A stretch of 64,000 nt of DNA from Octopus sinensis (GCF_006345805.1 NC_043009.1:29264001-29328000); one strand, 5' to 3'. Counted from the first letter of the stretch, positions 38,435-51,298 are shown. Numbers and translations are program-made. Notes: generated by a model not told the origin, from the letters alone.

Positions 38435-38679
38435 TCTGTTGTGTCATGGGAGAGTCATTTTCTTTTTGTGTCTTATAATGTAACACACTCACCGGTAAAA
38501 TTTCCACTTATTTTTATTTTCTTAAAATCTTCGTTACGTCTTGCAACCTTTTCAATAGTCTGCAAGACGCAACGAAGATTTTAGGAAAATAAAAATAAGA
38601 AATAAGTGGAAATTTTACCGATGAGTGTGTTACATTATAAGGCACAAAAAGAAAATGTCTCTCCCCAGACACAGCAGAA
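38435..38679. repeat. Foldback of a dispersed repeat (arms ~110 bp, 15-nt loop)
   Basis: ...aaaatcttcgttacgtcttgca [accttttcaatagtc] tgcaagacgcaacgaagatttta... extending to ctgttgtgtc / gacacagcag. Confidence 0.9.
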
Positions 38680-39029
38680 TATGCCTCAACACACGAACTC
38701 ATATAAAGAATCTTGCAAGCCAAATCCAAAAACGAAATGTAGTAGTAGTGTTATACTAATATCCCTTCAAGGCCGTGACCCAGCATGGCCGCAATCCTCT
38801 GACTGAAACAAGTAAAAGGTAATCTCAAAGATAACAAATATAATTAGATTTGGTTTAATTTTCTTCCCACATTGTCTTCGTTATACGATTTTTTTTTGTT
38901 TTTTGAGGAGTGGTGTTGGGTAAATATTTGCATATTGATTATCAATAAACTACCTGAAAGGAACCATATGAATATTCAGTGCTTTTCAAAAGGTCTTTCC
39001 AGTTTAAGAGACATTTAGTACGAAAAAGA

Positions 39030-39250
39030 TCGTTAAAGCGGCAAGCTGGCAGAATAGTTAGCATGTTGAGCGAAATCCTTTACGGCATTTCTTCCAGTTT
39101 TACTTTGTGTGCCAAGTTCAAATCCTACTTAGATGTATTTTGTCTCTTATTCATTCGGGCTCGATAAAATAAAGTACAAGTCTAATTTGGTACTCGACTA
39201 ATTTCTTCCCATTAAAATTGCTGATCTTGTGCCAAAATTTGAAACCATTA
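39030..39250 (+). mobile_element. SINE family A (further plus copies at about 40950-41310, 43585-43790, 51955-52175 and 57140-57560; minus copies at about 44255-44400 and 44750-44965)
   Basis: Family motifs. Confidence 0.8.
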
Positions 39251-39469
39251 TTGATCAGTAACAAAAGACTAAATGGCACTGGAATCTAGAAGTATTTTAG
39301 TGCTTGTATCAATTTGCCTTCAGAATGCGAATCTAATAGGGAGCAAGAAAATATTCTGTTTTAAACACCAAATTTGTAGAAAATTATTCTAAGATTTCGT
39401 TGAATGAAAGTTCCTCGTGGGCCTGGAAAAGGCAACAGGCCATAATTCAGAAATAGTTCGAGCACTATT

Positions 39470-39672
39470 ACACTTAGAAAATTACTTACATTATTTACAT
39501 CTGACAGATATTTGTCCTCATCTTGTTTGTTATTAACACAACGTTTCGGCTGATATACCTTCCAGCCTTCATCAGGTTTCTTGGGGAAATTTTGAACCTA
39601 GGTTCTCATTCCTAATGTACTTTTCGAGTTGTTGCTGTTGTTATTATTGTCATATTATTATTATTATTATTA

Positions 39673-39717
<45 letters not shown>

Positions 39718-39785
39718 TCAATGCCTGGAATCGAACTCGGAATATTGGGGTTACTAGCCCGCGCTCTTAACAACTACGCCAAATC
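39470..39785 (-). mobile_element. tRNA-headed SINE with (AAT)n spacer and hammerhead-bearing 3' end
   Basis: Head tggcgtagttgttaagagcgcgggctagtaaccccaatattccgagttcgattccagg (A box, B box, anticodon-like loop CTAGTAA). It is followed by (AAT)n, aggaatgagaacc, the hammerhead and a tgtaaataatgt tail. Confidence 0.8.
39535..39580 (-). ncRNA. Type I hammerhead fold inside the SINE
   Basis: GAAAC CUGAUGA A GGCUG GAAGGUAUAU CAGCC GAAAC GUU^GUGUU. Stem III is the palindrome AACGUU, and stem I has one mismatch in this copy. Confidence 0.65.
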
Positions 39786-39815
39786 TTACAACGAGAGATA
39801 TTCAGCAACAGTATT

Positions 39816-40100
39816 ATGGAGTAAAGATTGTTTGCCAGCATAACATGGCATTCCAGGTTTAGGACGAATATTGCTGTAATTTAGCCCTAGGAGACATCAT
39901 CTCCAGCGGGCTATACGGCATGATCTGTGTCGCTATAGTTTCGAACAAGGGTGGGTACTAGATTCCCTTGTTCGAAAATGTAAGGACACAGATCGTGTCG
40001 TACAGTCAGCTGGAGGCGATGTCTCCTGGGGCTAAATTACAGCAACATTCATCCTAAACCAGGACTACCATGTCATGTTGGCAAACAATCTTTACTCCAT
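39816..40100. mobile_element. MITE-like imperfect foldback element (~285 bp)
   Basis: atggagtaaagattgtttgcc ... ggcaaacaatctttactccat, with pairing continuing inward to gaacaaggg/cccttgttc. Confidence 0.8.
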
Positions 40101-40696
40101 TATTGCACTTATTCTTGGATAACTATATTTCAATCTCTCTATAACACCTTTGATGGTGTGAAATAGTGTAGGGAAGGAAATAAGATAAATAGATAATTTT
40201 AGAAATCTGTCGATTTACATCTTTCTAAGAAATCATTATTATATAATTGTATAGTCGTAAGAAATCCAATTTTACATTTAGAATCGTGCATCTTTGATTG
40301 AATATATATACTCCTATAATAGGATACAGTATTTTTCTACTTGAATTAGGAATAATCAAAGAACTGGTAATATTATTTGTACCGTTCTGAGATGTCTTAA
40401 AATTCCATAACAAAGTACGTTATGTTTTGAGCAGCAGAGAACAAGCTAACAAAAATATATATGCAAAGGAATAAATTGCGCAAATAAAGAAATAAAATTA
40501 TCAAAATTACTTGTATCTTTGATGTTTGCTAACAGAGATGATTTGTTTCTCTTTTGAAATTTAATTATAAGTGATCAATAATTGATCTGATATTTACAAT
40601 TCTGCTCTTCACAAGAAATTTATACTAATATATATGTGCATACGTGCATACAAGCGCATACAAATACACACATACATACGAACATGCATATATATA

Positions 40697-40781
<85 letters not shown>

Positions 40782-41432
40782 ATATATTATATATATATAT
40801 ATGTATGTATGTGTATATGTTTGTATGCAAATAAACTTAAAGACTATTTGAATATTCTAAGACATGTGTTCTAACAAAGCAATGTTCCTACGTGGAGAAA
40901 TGATCATAGCATTAGATTAGCATTAAATTAACACATTATGGTATTTAGTCAAGTTATTTTACGCTTTGAGTTCAATTCTCTCCGAGGTTAAATTTTTCCA
41001 CACCACTTCCCGGACAAAAAAAAATGAATACCAGTCAACTGCAGAGGTCGATTAAGTTGACTATACTTTCCATCAAATTGTCTTATGCCAATATTTATTT
41101 TGTGTAAGACGGCGAGTTGGTAGAATCGTTAGCACGCCATACAAAATGCTCAGCGCTATTTTGTCCGTCCTTATGGTCTGAGTTCAAATTCTGTTGGGTC
41201 GATTTTTTTTTCGGGGTCGTTAAAATAAGTACCGGTGCTTCACGGGGGATGATATAATCGACTTACTCATCCGAAATTGCTGGCCTTCTGCCAAAATTTG
41301 AAATCATTATTAATGGAATTACAAGTAATGCATGTGTCTTTTCCGAGATCGTAAGGTTGAGATAACTATATTAGATTACTCTTTGAAAAGGTTAGGGCTT
41401 TGTTTTTGTTTTTGTCTTTTTTTTTTCTACAG

Positions 41433-41553
41433 AGGGGACTTTTGTCCTTTTAATCGACTGCAAATCACATCAGACAAAAATCTTCAAGCCACTTCTGCTG
41501 CCTATAAAGGTAGTAAAAGTTCATTAAACAATGCGGATCTGGACACACCATGA
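41433..41553 (+). CDS. Candidate exon, product unknown
   Basis: Very strong acceptor tttttgtcttttttttttctacag|. Frame (R)GDFCPFNRLQITSDKNLQATSAAYKGSKSSLNNADLDTP*, with only a weak internal donor aag|gtagta. Confidence 0.3.
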
Positions 41554-41920
41554 AGCGGACACAGATGGAATACATTTGGTTATTTCCCACTAAAGATTTC
41601 ACAAAACCTAGAGGTCGCATGCAACAACCCTATAATCAGTTTTATAAAAAGCTTTTTATAAGATGTCTACGTCTGTGAGCCATCAGCCAAGACAGGTTCA
41701 ACGAAAGAATGACAATTATCGATTTTAAAAGATGTGCTTGAATCACCTATCGAAATTTTGGCCGATTTATTGCAAGCTATGTTGTTGCCCTACTGATGAG
41801 AAAATCGTTTTTGAGCACATATCATATGAATCTAGGTATCTAAATTATTTCTACTCAAAGATATTACTAAAAATTTTAAATTGTGATTTTCTTATGATTA
41901 GGAAAATGAAAGTATTTATA

Positions 41921-42200
41921 GGCGCAGGCATGGCTTTGTGATAAGAAGCTTGCTTCCCAACGAAATGGTTTCGAGTTTGGTCCAACTGCGTAGAAACTTG
42001 AACAAATGTCTTCTACTATATAGCCTAAGACCGACCGAAGCCTTGTGAGTGGATTTAATCGGTGGAAACTGAAAGAATCCTGTCGTATATGTGTGTGTAT
42101 TTGTGTCTTTGTTTGTTTCCTACCACCGCTTGATGTTGGTGTGTTTACGTCCCCTTGACTTAGTGGTTTGATGTAAGAGGCCGATAGAATATATACCAAG
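41921..42200 (+). mobile_element. SINE family B (further copies: minus at about 44400-44715, 55470-55630 and 59060-59370; plus at about 38200-38380)
   Basis: ggcgcaggcatggctttgtg..., gccttgtgagtggattt, ggaaactgaaagaa motifs. Confidence 0.85.
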
Positions 42201-42379
42201 CATAAAAATATTCTCTCTTATTTTAGTCATTTAGGTAGAGCCTCATATTTCACTGCTAAGTTACATGGACGTTACATAGGATGTAACCAAACCAATACTG
42301 TCAAGCGCTTGTTGAAGGCAAACACAACATAAATGCACACATATATGTTTGTTTACATACGGTGGGCTTCTGCACAATT

Positions 42380-42416
<37 letters not shown>

Positions 42417-42654
42417 AGTATATGTGCATGAGTGTATGTATATATATAACTATAGGCCTGGCCTATAGTTGAAGACACTTGCTCAAAGTGTTTCATTGTG
42501 GGCCTGAACCCCAAAGTGTCTCATTATGGGCCTGAACCCCAAACGAAACGATTGCGAAGTGAGCTTCTTAACCGCACAGCCATGTCCAGCTAGTTTATTT
42601 TAAAGGCATCAATTATTAATTGAGGAGGTATGAGGAAATACAAGAAGATCAATT

Positions 42655-42818
42655 AATTATTATTTTATTCAACATATTTCCCTCTCAAATTCACTCGCTT
42701 ATTGCAGCAGCCCTTCAGTTTTTCTAAGCCATATGAAAAAATTCAGAAGGGTGGGCCTCCAACCAGGCCTTTCGCGAAATCGTTAAAGCCAGGAACTTCT
42801 CAGCTTCCCCTCATGTAC
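42655..42818. mobile_element. Truncated mariner-type MITE end
   Basis: TIR-like aagccaggaacttctcagcttcccctcatgta ending in TA; the other end is missing. Confidence 0.5.
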
Positions 42819-42924
42819 CATACAGCTGTAGTATTCTCAAAAAGTTTGCTCTGGGATCACAAATAAAATTCTTTTCAAATTCCACAAATTTTATTTCCAA
42901 GTTTAAACTGCTATGCACTAATAA

Positions 42925-43130
42925 AGTTCTATATTTAAGAGACGAGGAATTGCATACATTATTTACCTTATTTACATTTGACGGTTATTTGTTTTCATCT
43001 TGTTTGTTGTTAACACGTTTCGGCTGATATACCCTCCAGCCTTCCTCAGGTGTCTGGCGGAAATTTCGAACCTGGGTTCTCATTCCTAAGGTATTTTTCG
43101 ATGTTATTATTATTATTATTATTATTATTA

Positions 43131-43167
<37 letters not shown>

Positions 43168-43198
43168 GTTATTATTATTATTATTCGGGTCACTGCAG
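42925..43198 (-). mobile_element. Head-truncated copy of the hammerhead-bearing SINE
   Basis: gcagtgacc, (AAT)n, aaaataccttaggaatgagaacccaggttcgaaattt, GACAC CUGAGGA A GGCUG..CAGCC GAAAC GUGUU. Confidence 0.85.
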
Positions 43199-43342
43199 AA
43201 AACATCACTGCTTGGAGCCGCTCGAATACTCCGGAAGGTGCTCGAGATATAAGAGGTGTTACCTTAGTTTGCTGGTAGTGAACAGCTGACAACGTAGTAC
43301 AACTCCAGTGTTAGAAGCTGGGCAAAGGCAATAATAATAATG

Positions 43343-43445
<103 letters not shown>

Positions 43446-44521
43446 AGGCTGGAGGGTATAACAACCGGAACGCTGTGTTAATAACAAGATGAGAACAAAT
43501 ATCCGTCAAATGTAAATAATGTAAATAATGCTATGCACTATTTCTTCAATGATTCAGCAAATTGTTAGTATAAGATTCGAAGTCTAAGGCAGCGAGCTAG
43601 CAGAATTATTTACATGCCGGACAAAATACTTAACATTTTGTCTGTCTTAATGTTGTGAGTCCAAATTCTACTAAGAGTGACTTTACCTTTCATTCTTTCG
43701 GGGTCAATTAAATAAGTACCAGTTAAGCACAAGTATTGATGGAATCAACTTGCTGAACTCCTACCAAAATTTGAAACCAATCTACGATTTGGAGTTGACC
43801 AATCATCTTGATTTTTTGTGAATAATAGGTGATATGGAATTATCACTATTTTCAGATTGAAGAGCAAAATAAAACTCTTTGAATTTGTTAATAAACATTG
43901 GTGACATACTCTGAGTAATTTTTATGCCATCATTCACCTTATACCAGCCAATGGTTCTTAGAATTTGCGGAGGTATTGGAACTAAGTTTCGCTTTAACTG
44001 GAACAATAGATTGTCGAGTGTTTGCTGTTGTTCCACCAGTTTATTCTACAATGATGCTAGTCTGGGTTCGATCATCGTTTACCAATTCCAAAGTTCAAAG
44101 TGGATTACTTGTATGCATAGAAGTTGAGTTCTTAGAAAGACAGGAGTATTCTTCACTGAGATCAAGCAATTTTTCTGCATTTCCATTTGACTAAAACTTT
44201 GTTAGATTAGAGTTGACCTTTGGATAAAAAGCAATAACAATGACGATAACAATAAGGATTTCAAATTTTGGCAGAAGGCCAGCAATTTCAGGGGAGGAGG
44301 TAAATCGATTGCATCTCCCTTAATTCATCGATCCGGAAAGGATGAAAGACAGAGTCGACTTTGGCAGATTTGAACTCAGAAACAAAATGATGCCAGCCAT
44401 TTTTCTTGGCATTCTTTTACGTGTTTCAGTCGTTTGAATGCGGCCATGCTGCAGCACTGCTAGGTTACGGGGATGTAAACACACCAACATTGGTTGTCAA
44501 ATGATGGTGGGGGACAACACA

Positions 44522-44555
<34 letters not shown>

Positions 44556-45039
44556 ATGAGCTTCTTTCAGTTTCCGTCTGCCAAATCAGCTCAGAAGGCT
44601 TTGGTCGGACCGAGGCTATAGTAGAAGACACTTACCCAAGGTGCCACGCAATGAGACTGAACCCGGAACCATGTGGTCGCGAAGCAAGCTTCTTATCATA
44701 CAGCCAGACTTGCTAACGATTCTGTCACGTCACCAACTTAAACAATAATAATGTTTTCTACTTAAGGCACAAGGTGTGATATTTTGGGGGTGAGGGATAG
44801 TCAATGACATCGACCCCAGTGCGTAACTGGTACTTATTTCATTGACCCTGAAAGGATGAAAAGCAAAGTCGACATTGGAGGGATTTGAACTCAAAACGTA
44901 AGAGTGGATGAAATGCTGCTAACCATTTTGCCTGGCATGCAAACGATTCTGCCAGCTTGCCACCTTAATAATAACAAGAAGAAAAAAATCACAAATATCA
45001 AGTACAGCAGGAGCCTGCAAGTAGTCAGTCTTTCACTAG

Positions 45040-45160
45040 AAATAACAACCAATTCTACAGCAAATAACAATTTGCTGTCTTCGAAAGAACATGTTATTAG
45101 CACATTGGACAAAAATTGCGGTGGCCACGACTGGAATGACTTTTATCATAGGATTGCTTG
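45040..45160 (+). CDS. Candidate exon (121 nt, phase 1 to 2), product unknown
   Basis: Acceptor tctttcactag| and donor ttg|gtcaga. Frame ITTNSTANNNLLSSKEHVISTLDKNCGGHDWNDFYHRIA. Confidence 0.3.
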
Positions 45161-46787
45161 GTCAGAGTTAATCTAGAACAAAGCAACAAATTCAGAGCAT
45201 CAAAATAACTGTCATTATCATAAGCAGTATCACTATCATCAACAACAGTACTAGAACTATTATCATCAACATCATCAACATCATCATCAACAATACCAAT
45301 AAGCCTCATTTCTTTTTTTTATTTAAAGCGATTTAAAATTCTATGCGCGTATTCAAACACAAAGTTAAATTTATATATTATCTTTTTAGTTTGTGTATAT
45401 ATGTGTATATATTTATAAGCCACTATGTATCAATGTTTATGTATATGTGCTAATAATATTTATGTATGAATTTTTGGGTGTATGTTTCTAGTTTTTTTGT
45501 CAAATATTTTCTTCATTTGATCCTATTATTGAAATTTTTAGTTGAATTTTCTGTTTAAAATTTTCTTTATTTTAAGTCTTTAAATTGTAATTTTCATTTT
45601 CTCATTTTAATTTGATTCCAAATTGTATTTCCTTTTTATTCTTAACCTGAGAATTTAACCGAAAAACAAACCAAAGAAACAAAGTGCATTAAAAAATGGA
45701 AAAAAAAGCAGAAACTTCAAAAAATACACTTGAACATAAAATGGAAAGAAAAAAGTAAACAAGTGAATAAATAAATAAATTGATTTTAACACAAATTAAG
45801 TTGATTAATTGATTACAGTTTTCATTGTAAAACAAAAAAAATGAAACAAATTTAAAGTAAAACAATGAATAAAAAAATCAAATCTACAAAATAACAAATA
45901 ACTTTACTCCATGCCCCCTTCAACTGGTAGTGGAATAAAGCAAAAAAAGAAATGTGTTAAAATATTAAAACAGGTACAAAAAAAATAATTCGTAATAATA
46001 AATAATAAAGAACTGCCCACTCCTAGCAATAACACTGCGCATGTGCACATATAAATAGTGATACATAGAGATACACACATATTATAAATGCATACGCATA
46101 TGTGTACACACGTGTGCACAGGTGTACACATGAGACTCAGCAGTGTTTCACTGGCGTGTACTCATGGAGCTGTAGAGAAATGTACACGTATATATACATA
46201 TACGCATTCACTCACACACACATATACATATGCGTATATATATATATATACACACATATATATTCACACATATATACATATATATATACATATATATATA
46301 CACATATATAGATACATTTATAAATATATATCTACATATACATATGTACATATATATATATCAATACATATATATCTATATCTATCTATACATATATACA
46401 TGTTGCATATATATATATGTATGCATATATTTGAATATATATATATATGTACATATATATATATATATACACACACATGTGAGTGTATGTGTATATGTAT
46501 GAATATGTGTGCATGTACATGTGTATATGTGTTAGTACATGTATACACATGTACATTAACTTATAAATTTTATACACATATACGTGCATATACACTCGCG
46601 ACAAATATGGATGTAAAGTGCAACATCAATACACATACATATGTGTGTGTTAATATATGTATGTATAGATATATATATATATATATACATGTATGTACAT
46701 GTGTGTGTATAAAGATATACATATATATATATATTTACATATGTAGAGAGAGAGAGAGGAATCATATACAGATATGCACATACATAC

Positions 46788-46892
46788 CCATGACATATCA
46801 GAAATTTAAAAAGTGCGTTTGTTGGGTGATTGTTATTTTCTTTCTCTTCTTTAACCATGTCCATGTGAATTCCTATTTGATCAAACTTTTTA
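46788..46892 (-). CDS. Candidate symmetric exon (105 nt, phase 2 to 2), product unknown
   Basis: T-rich tract plus caatag| acceptor and donor gg|gtatgt. Frame KKFDQIGIHMDMVKEEKENNNHPTNALFKFLICH(G). Confidence 0.35.
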
Positions 46893-47204
46893 CTATTGAT
46901 CGGATTACATTAGAGAGGGAAAAAAATAACATTAAACCGTACAATATAACTGTATAAAGAAAAATATCATTAAATAAATAAATATAAAATATAAAATTGT
47001 TTGAAATGTGTAAAAACATAAAAAATACAATAAATATAAATAGCAAGAAATAACAACAAAAAAAAACGAGGAAAATGAAGCAATCAAATAAATAAGATTA
47101 AAAAAGGTTTGAAATTCAAATATAACAAGAAAAAAAAAACGAAAAGGAAACAAATAAACAGAAAAACAAATGACTCTCCTCACACCTAAAAGTAGTATTA
47201 ATAC

Positions 47205-47252
47205 TACTACTACTAATAATAATAGTAATAATTATAATGATAATAATAATAA

Positions 47253-47284
<32 letters not shown>

Positions 47285-47523
47285 TAGTAGTAGTAGTAGT
47301 AGTAGTAATAATAATAACAATAATAATAATAATAATGTAAATAATGACAGTTATAATTATAATTAGCGAATTATAATGAGGAAAGATTAAACAAAAGGAA
47401 AAAAAAGCGAAATTAAAACTAATAATAATAATAATAATAATAATGATAATAATAATAATAGTAATAATAATAATAATAGTAATAATAATAATAATAATAA
47501 TGATAATAATAATAGTAATAATG

Positions 47524-47563
<40 letters not shown>

Positions 47564-47580
47564 TAATAATAATAATAATA

Positions 47581-47611
<31 letters not shown>

Positions 47612-47613
47612 TG

Positions 47614-47668
<55 letters not shown>

Positions 47669-47745
47669 TAACAATAATAATAATAATAATAATAATAATG
47701 ATAATAATAATAATAATAATAATAATGACGATAATAGTAATAATG

Positions 47746-47780
<35 letters not shown>
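47205..47780. repeat. Large (AAT)n/(AGT)n microsatellite field
   Basis: Directly visible. Confidence 0.97.
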
Positions 47781-48509
47781 AATAAATACATCAAGTGCAA
47801 CAGTAACTACCCCAACTGCCACAGCTAATTGTCAGACTAAAATTTACTTCAGAATCATTGAAGATTACATACTGAATGAGAATGCCTAATAACATTTAAA
47901 TATCCTGTGTGAAAAATACCTAATTTAATCAAAATTTTCATTTTTTTTTCCTGTATTATTTTTGGATGGTGTTGTTGTTGCTGTCAAGGAGACAGTGTCT
48001 TTAAGTAAGTCTCTTTATGGTTTAAGTTCAAATCCTATAGTCTGGGGTGTTTTAGGGTAGGAGTTTGGGAGGTTAAGTGATTTTCATCTTTTCGGGATCA
48101 ATAAAATGAATACCATTTTATTGATGCTTCACAATCAATTGCATGGCCTCTTAAATTCTTAAAATTTCATCTAAAAGAGATAGGCATTCCAAACTCAAAA
48201 GTATTTCACCCTAGCTATTCCATAAAATGAATCAACTCAGGCTGGACATAAAATGCAGTTGCTGTATCCAATTCCTTTCCTTCACTGAGGATTGTACGAC
48301 ACTGCATGAAACATTTAAGTACAAAGCATTAACATCAATATGAATATTGATATTAATACCTGCGTTTCTACAAGTATTTATGCATGTATATTCTGATAAG
48401 TCTATTAGAATAGATTGTAAGTTCTAGAGTGTATACAGAAAACTCCATCTACCTATACCATAAGAGCATATTGTGAGATATGGTAAAAGATTCCACTCCA
48501 TATGTGTTT

Positions 48510-48809
48510 GTTTGTTCCTTCTCAAGCCATGCCTGGCTCATAAGGGCCCGTTTCCTGATTTCCTTGGTATAAAGGTTCCCCACCTGGACGGGACGCCAGT
48601 CCGTCACAGGTGAGCTGCAAGATGCAGGAGGAAAGAGTGAGAGAAAGTTGTTGCGAAAGAGTCAGCAGAAGTTCGCCATTACCTTCTACCAGAGCTGCGT
48701 GGAGCTTAGGTGCTTTGCTCATAAACACACACTTTGCCCGGTCTGAGATTCGAACCTGTGAGCCCTCGACCGCGAATCCACTGCTCTAATCACTAGGCCA
48801 TGTGCCTCC

Positions 48810-48810
<1 letters not shown>
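48510..48810 (-). mobile_element. tRNA-derived SINE
   Basis: Minus-strand head tggaggcacatggcctagtgattagagcagtggattcgcggtcgagggctcacaggttcgaatctc (A and B boxes). Confidence 0.8.
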
Positions 48811-48844
<34 letters not shown>

Positions 48845-48847
<3 letters not shown>

Positions 48848-49245
48848 TCAGTAAGGTATATAAAGCTGACCAGAAGAGAATTAATGCATTCGAGCTTTGG
48901 TGTTGGAGAAGACTTTTACAGATTCCATGGACAGTGAGGCTCACCAATGGAGAAGTTCTTAAGCAAATCAGGCCAAAAATGTCACTAGAAGCTAGGATCA
49001 CCAAGCATAGATTGGCATATTTTGGTCATATTATGCGGAGAAAATCCCTGGAGAAGGACATCATGCTCGGAATGGTCAGTGGCAAGATAGGAAGAGGCCG
49101 ACCAAGAACCTGCTGGCTTGACACCATCAAGAGTGATACCAGAATGGACATAGCCAATCTGAAAGAAGCGGCCCAGGATAGAACTGACTGGAGGACAGTG
49201 ATCCAACGAGTAACCGAGAGTCGACTTCGACTGAGCGGATAGATA
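48845..49245 (+). mobile_element. 5'-truncated RTE (BovB-like) LINE 3' end with open frame
   Basis: KRINAFELWCWRRLLQIPWT...RLAYFGHIMRRKSLEKDIMLGMVSGKIGRGRPRTCWLDTIK...AAQDRTDWR, followed by a short gata tail. Confidence 0.92.
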
Positions 49246-49979
49246 GATAAGGTATATAATTCCACTTGCTATATATATAAAGTAATTCTTTAATTCTGTT
49301 TTGCTATGACAACATATATCAAAAATTTAAGGCAGAACAATAACTGTTGTCACTGCAAGATGAAGCATAGTTGAAAGAAACAATTTGTATCAAACAAGTA
49401 ACAGCTGGTGCAATCTTGTGTATCACTGGAAATACAAAAATTTTGACTCCTTGTCCGATGGTCTTAAATAAAAGTGAAACTCGTTCACACATTTGCACAT
49501 CATTTAAAAGGATTCTTGAAACTAAAACTTGTGAATTGCAAACTGGATAACACTGCAGTTTGAATTTTGGAAAAAGGCTGAGCCTCTCATTTCAATGTGA
49601 CAGTATTATCACAGTGTGGCCTCCTCTATAAGTATAACACCAGTTGCATTTAACTCCAAAGTTATTTTTCCAAGAGTAGAACACCTTTATGTATTCCATA
49701 TACTGCGCATCAGAATCACATCACCTGAGATCACTAGCAGAATCCATATATTCTAGTCTTGTAGTATTTTTCTAGCTTAACAATAAACCTTTTGGGATAG
49801 TATGTTAAAATGTATATATTTATATAAAATGCCAAGATATATATATGTATACACACACTCATGCATACATATACACACACTTGTCTATTTGTCTGTTCGT
49901 ATGTATATATGTATGTACATATGTATGTATGTATGTGTGTATGTATGTATGTATGTATGTATATATGTATGTATGATTG

Positions 49980-50013
<34 letters not shown>

Positions 50014-50299
50014 TGTATGTATGTATGTATGTATGTACATTGTACTGCTGCTTATTTGCTGCAGAGTTTTCTGTGTGGTTCATTAACCTATGTTAGAGGA
50101 GAATCAGAATTTAAGCATTAAAAAACTATTGAAACATTTTTGACATTTCCAAATTTACTCATCACGACAGGAATACACTCAGAATAGTGGATCTGATGTA
50201 ATCACTACAGTAAAAATAAAGTAAATAAGTATTCCACTAAATTTCGAATTTAACTCACAGAAACACTTAAGCACTTTGATATGTACAGTCATCATCATC

Positions 50300-50540
50300 A
50301 ACATCATCATCATCATCATCACCATCATTTAATGTCCACTCTCCATGCTGGCATGGGTTGGACGTTTTGACTGGGCTGGCATGCTGGAAGGCTGCACTAG
50401 ACTCCAGTCTTATTTGGCATGGTTTTCTGTGGCCAGATGACGTTCCTGACGCCTGCCAGCCACTCTGAGAGTGTAATGGGTACTTTTTATGTGCCAGCAG
50501 CACAGGTGCCATTTGCATGACACCGGGGTGCAATTATAGA
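50300..50540. repeat. Dispersed retroposon-like repeat with (CAT)n end (second copy at about 54820-55130)
   Basis: Shared aatgtc..ct.tccatgctggcat.g, tttggcatggttt and accact/gtgta.tgggt.ctttt blocks. Confidence 0.75.
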
Positions 50541-50687
50541 ACACAAAATATAATTGAACTATGAAAATGATAATGTTGTGGATAAAAGGGAGAAACTTGA
50601 TGCAAGCCAGCTTAAAGAAAAAGAATGGCAGTGAAAGAGCTATGTTACAAAAGGCAATGTTTCCTTCAGTTCTATATTTATTATTAT

Positions 50688-50718
50688 TCAGGCAGTGACC
50701 TGAATGATGATGATGATG

Positions 50719-50775
<57 letters not shown>

Positions 50776-50930
50776 GCAATAACATCAAAAAAGACCTTAG
50801 GAATGAGAACCCAGGTTCGTAATTTCTCCAAGACACCTGATGAAGACTGGAGGGTATATCAGCTGAAACGTGTTAACAACAAACAAGATGAGGACAAATG
50901 TCCATCAATTGTAAATAGCGTAAATAAAAT
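50688..50930 (+). mobile_element. Head-truncated copy of the hammerhead-bearing SINE
   Basis: caggcagtgacctgaat, (AAT)n, ccttaggaatgagaacccaggttcg, GACAC CUGAUGA A GACUG..CAGCU GAAAC GUGUU, aacaagatgaggacaaat. Confidence 0.85.
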
Positions 50931-51236
50931 AGTACAGTGTAGGGACCCCAGTTAAAAAGGAAATTACAAGTAAATAGTGCTTTTGGGTACTATGCTTGGA
51001 ATAGGCAGAGGTGAAGCTGACAGCAGCTGAGGTAAGAACAACAACAGCAACAGGATGCAAAGGCCATTACCAGGGCACTCCTAGCTGCAGCTCTGACTTA
51101 ATCTATGCAAAAGAAATTACTTTGTCTTCAGCATCAAGGGTCAATGAAGAGAATGAAGAAGAAAGGAGTCCTCCACTTCCAACAGAATGATGGCCAGAGA
51201 ATTTGATATTATTATTATTATTATTATTATTATACT

Positions 51237-51270
<34 letters not shown>

Positions 51271-51298
51271 GCATCATCATCATTATTATTATTATTAA

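Noticed and set aside
43800-44200. Coding-like unique stretch with several short ORFs
   Set aside because: No frame stays open with matching splice sites, and no recognisable motif.
49330-49800. Possible Helitron helicase remnant
   Set aside because: Diagnostic PIF1 motifs (QFP, TINK.QGQ) were not found in any frame I read.
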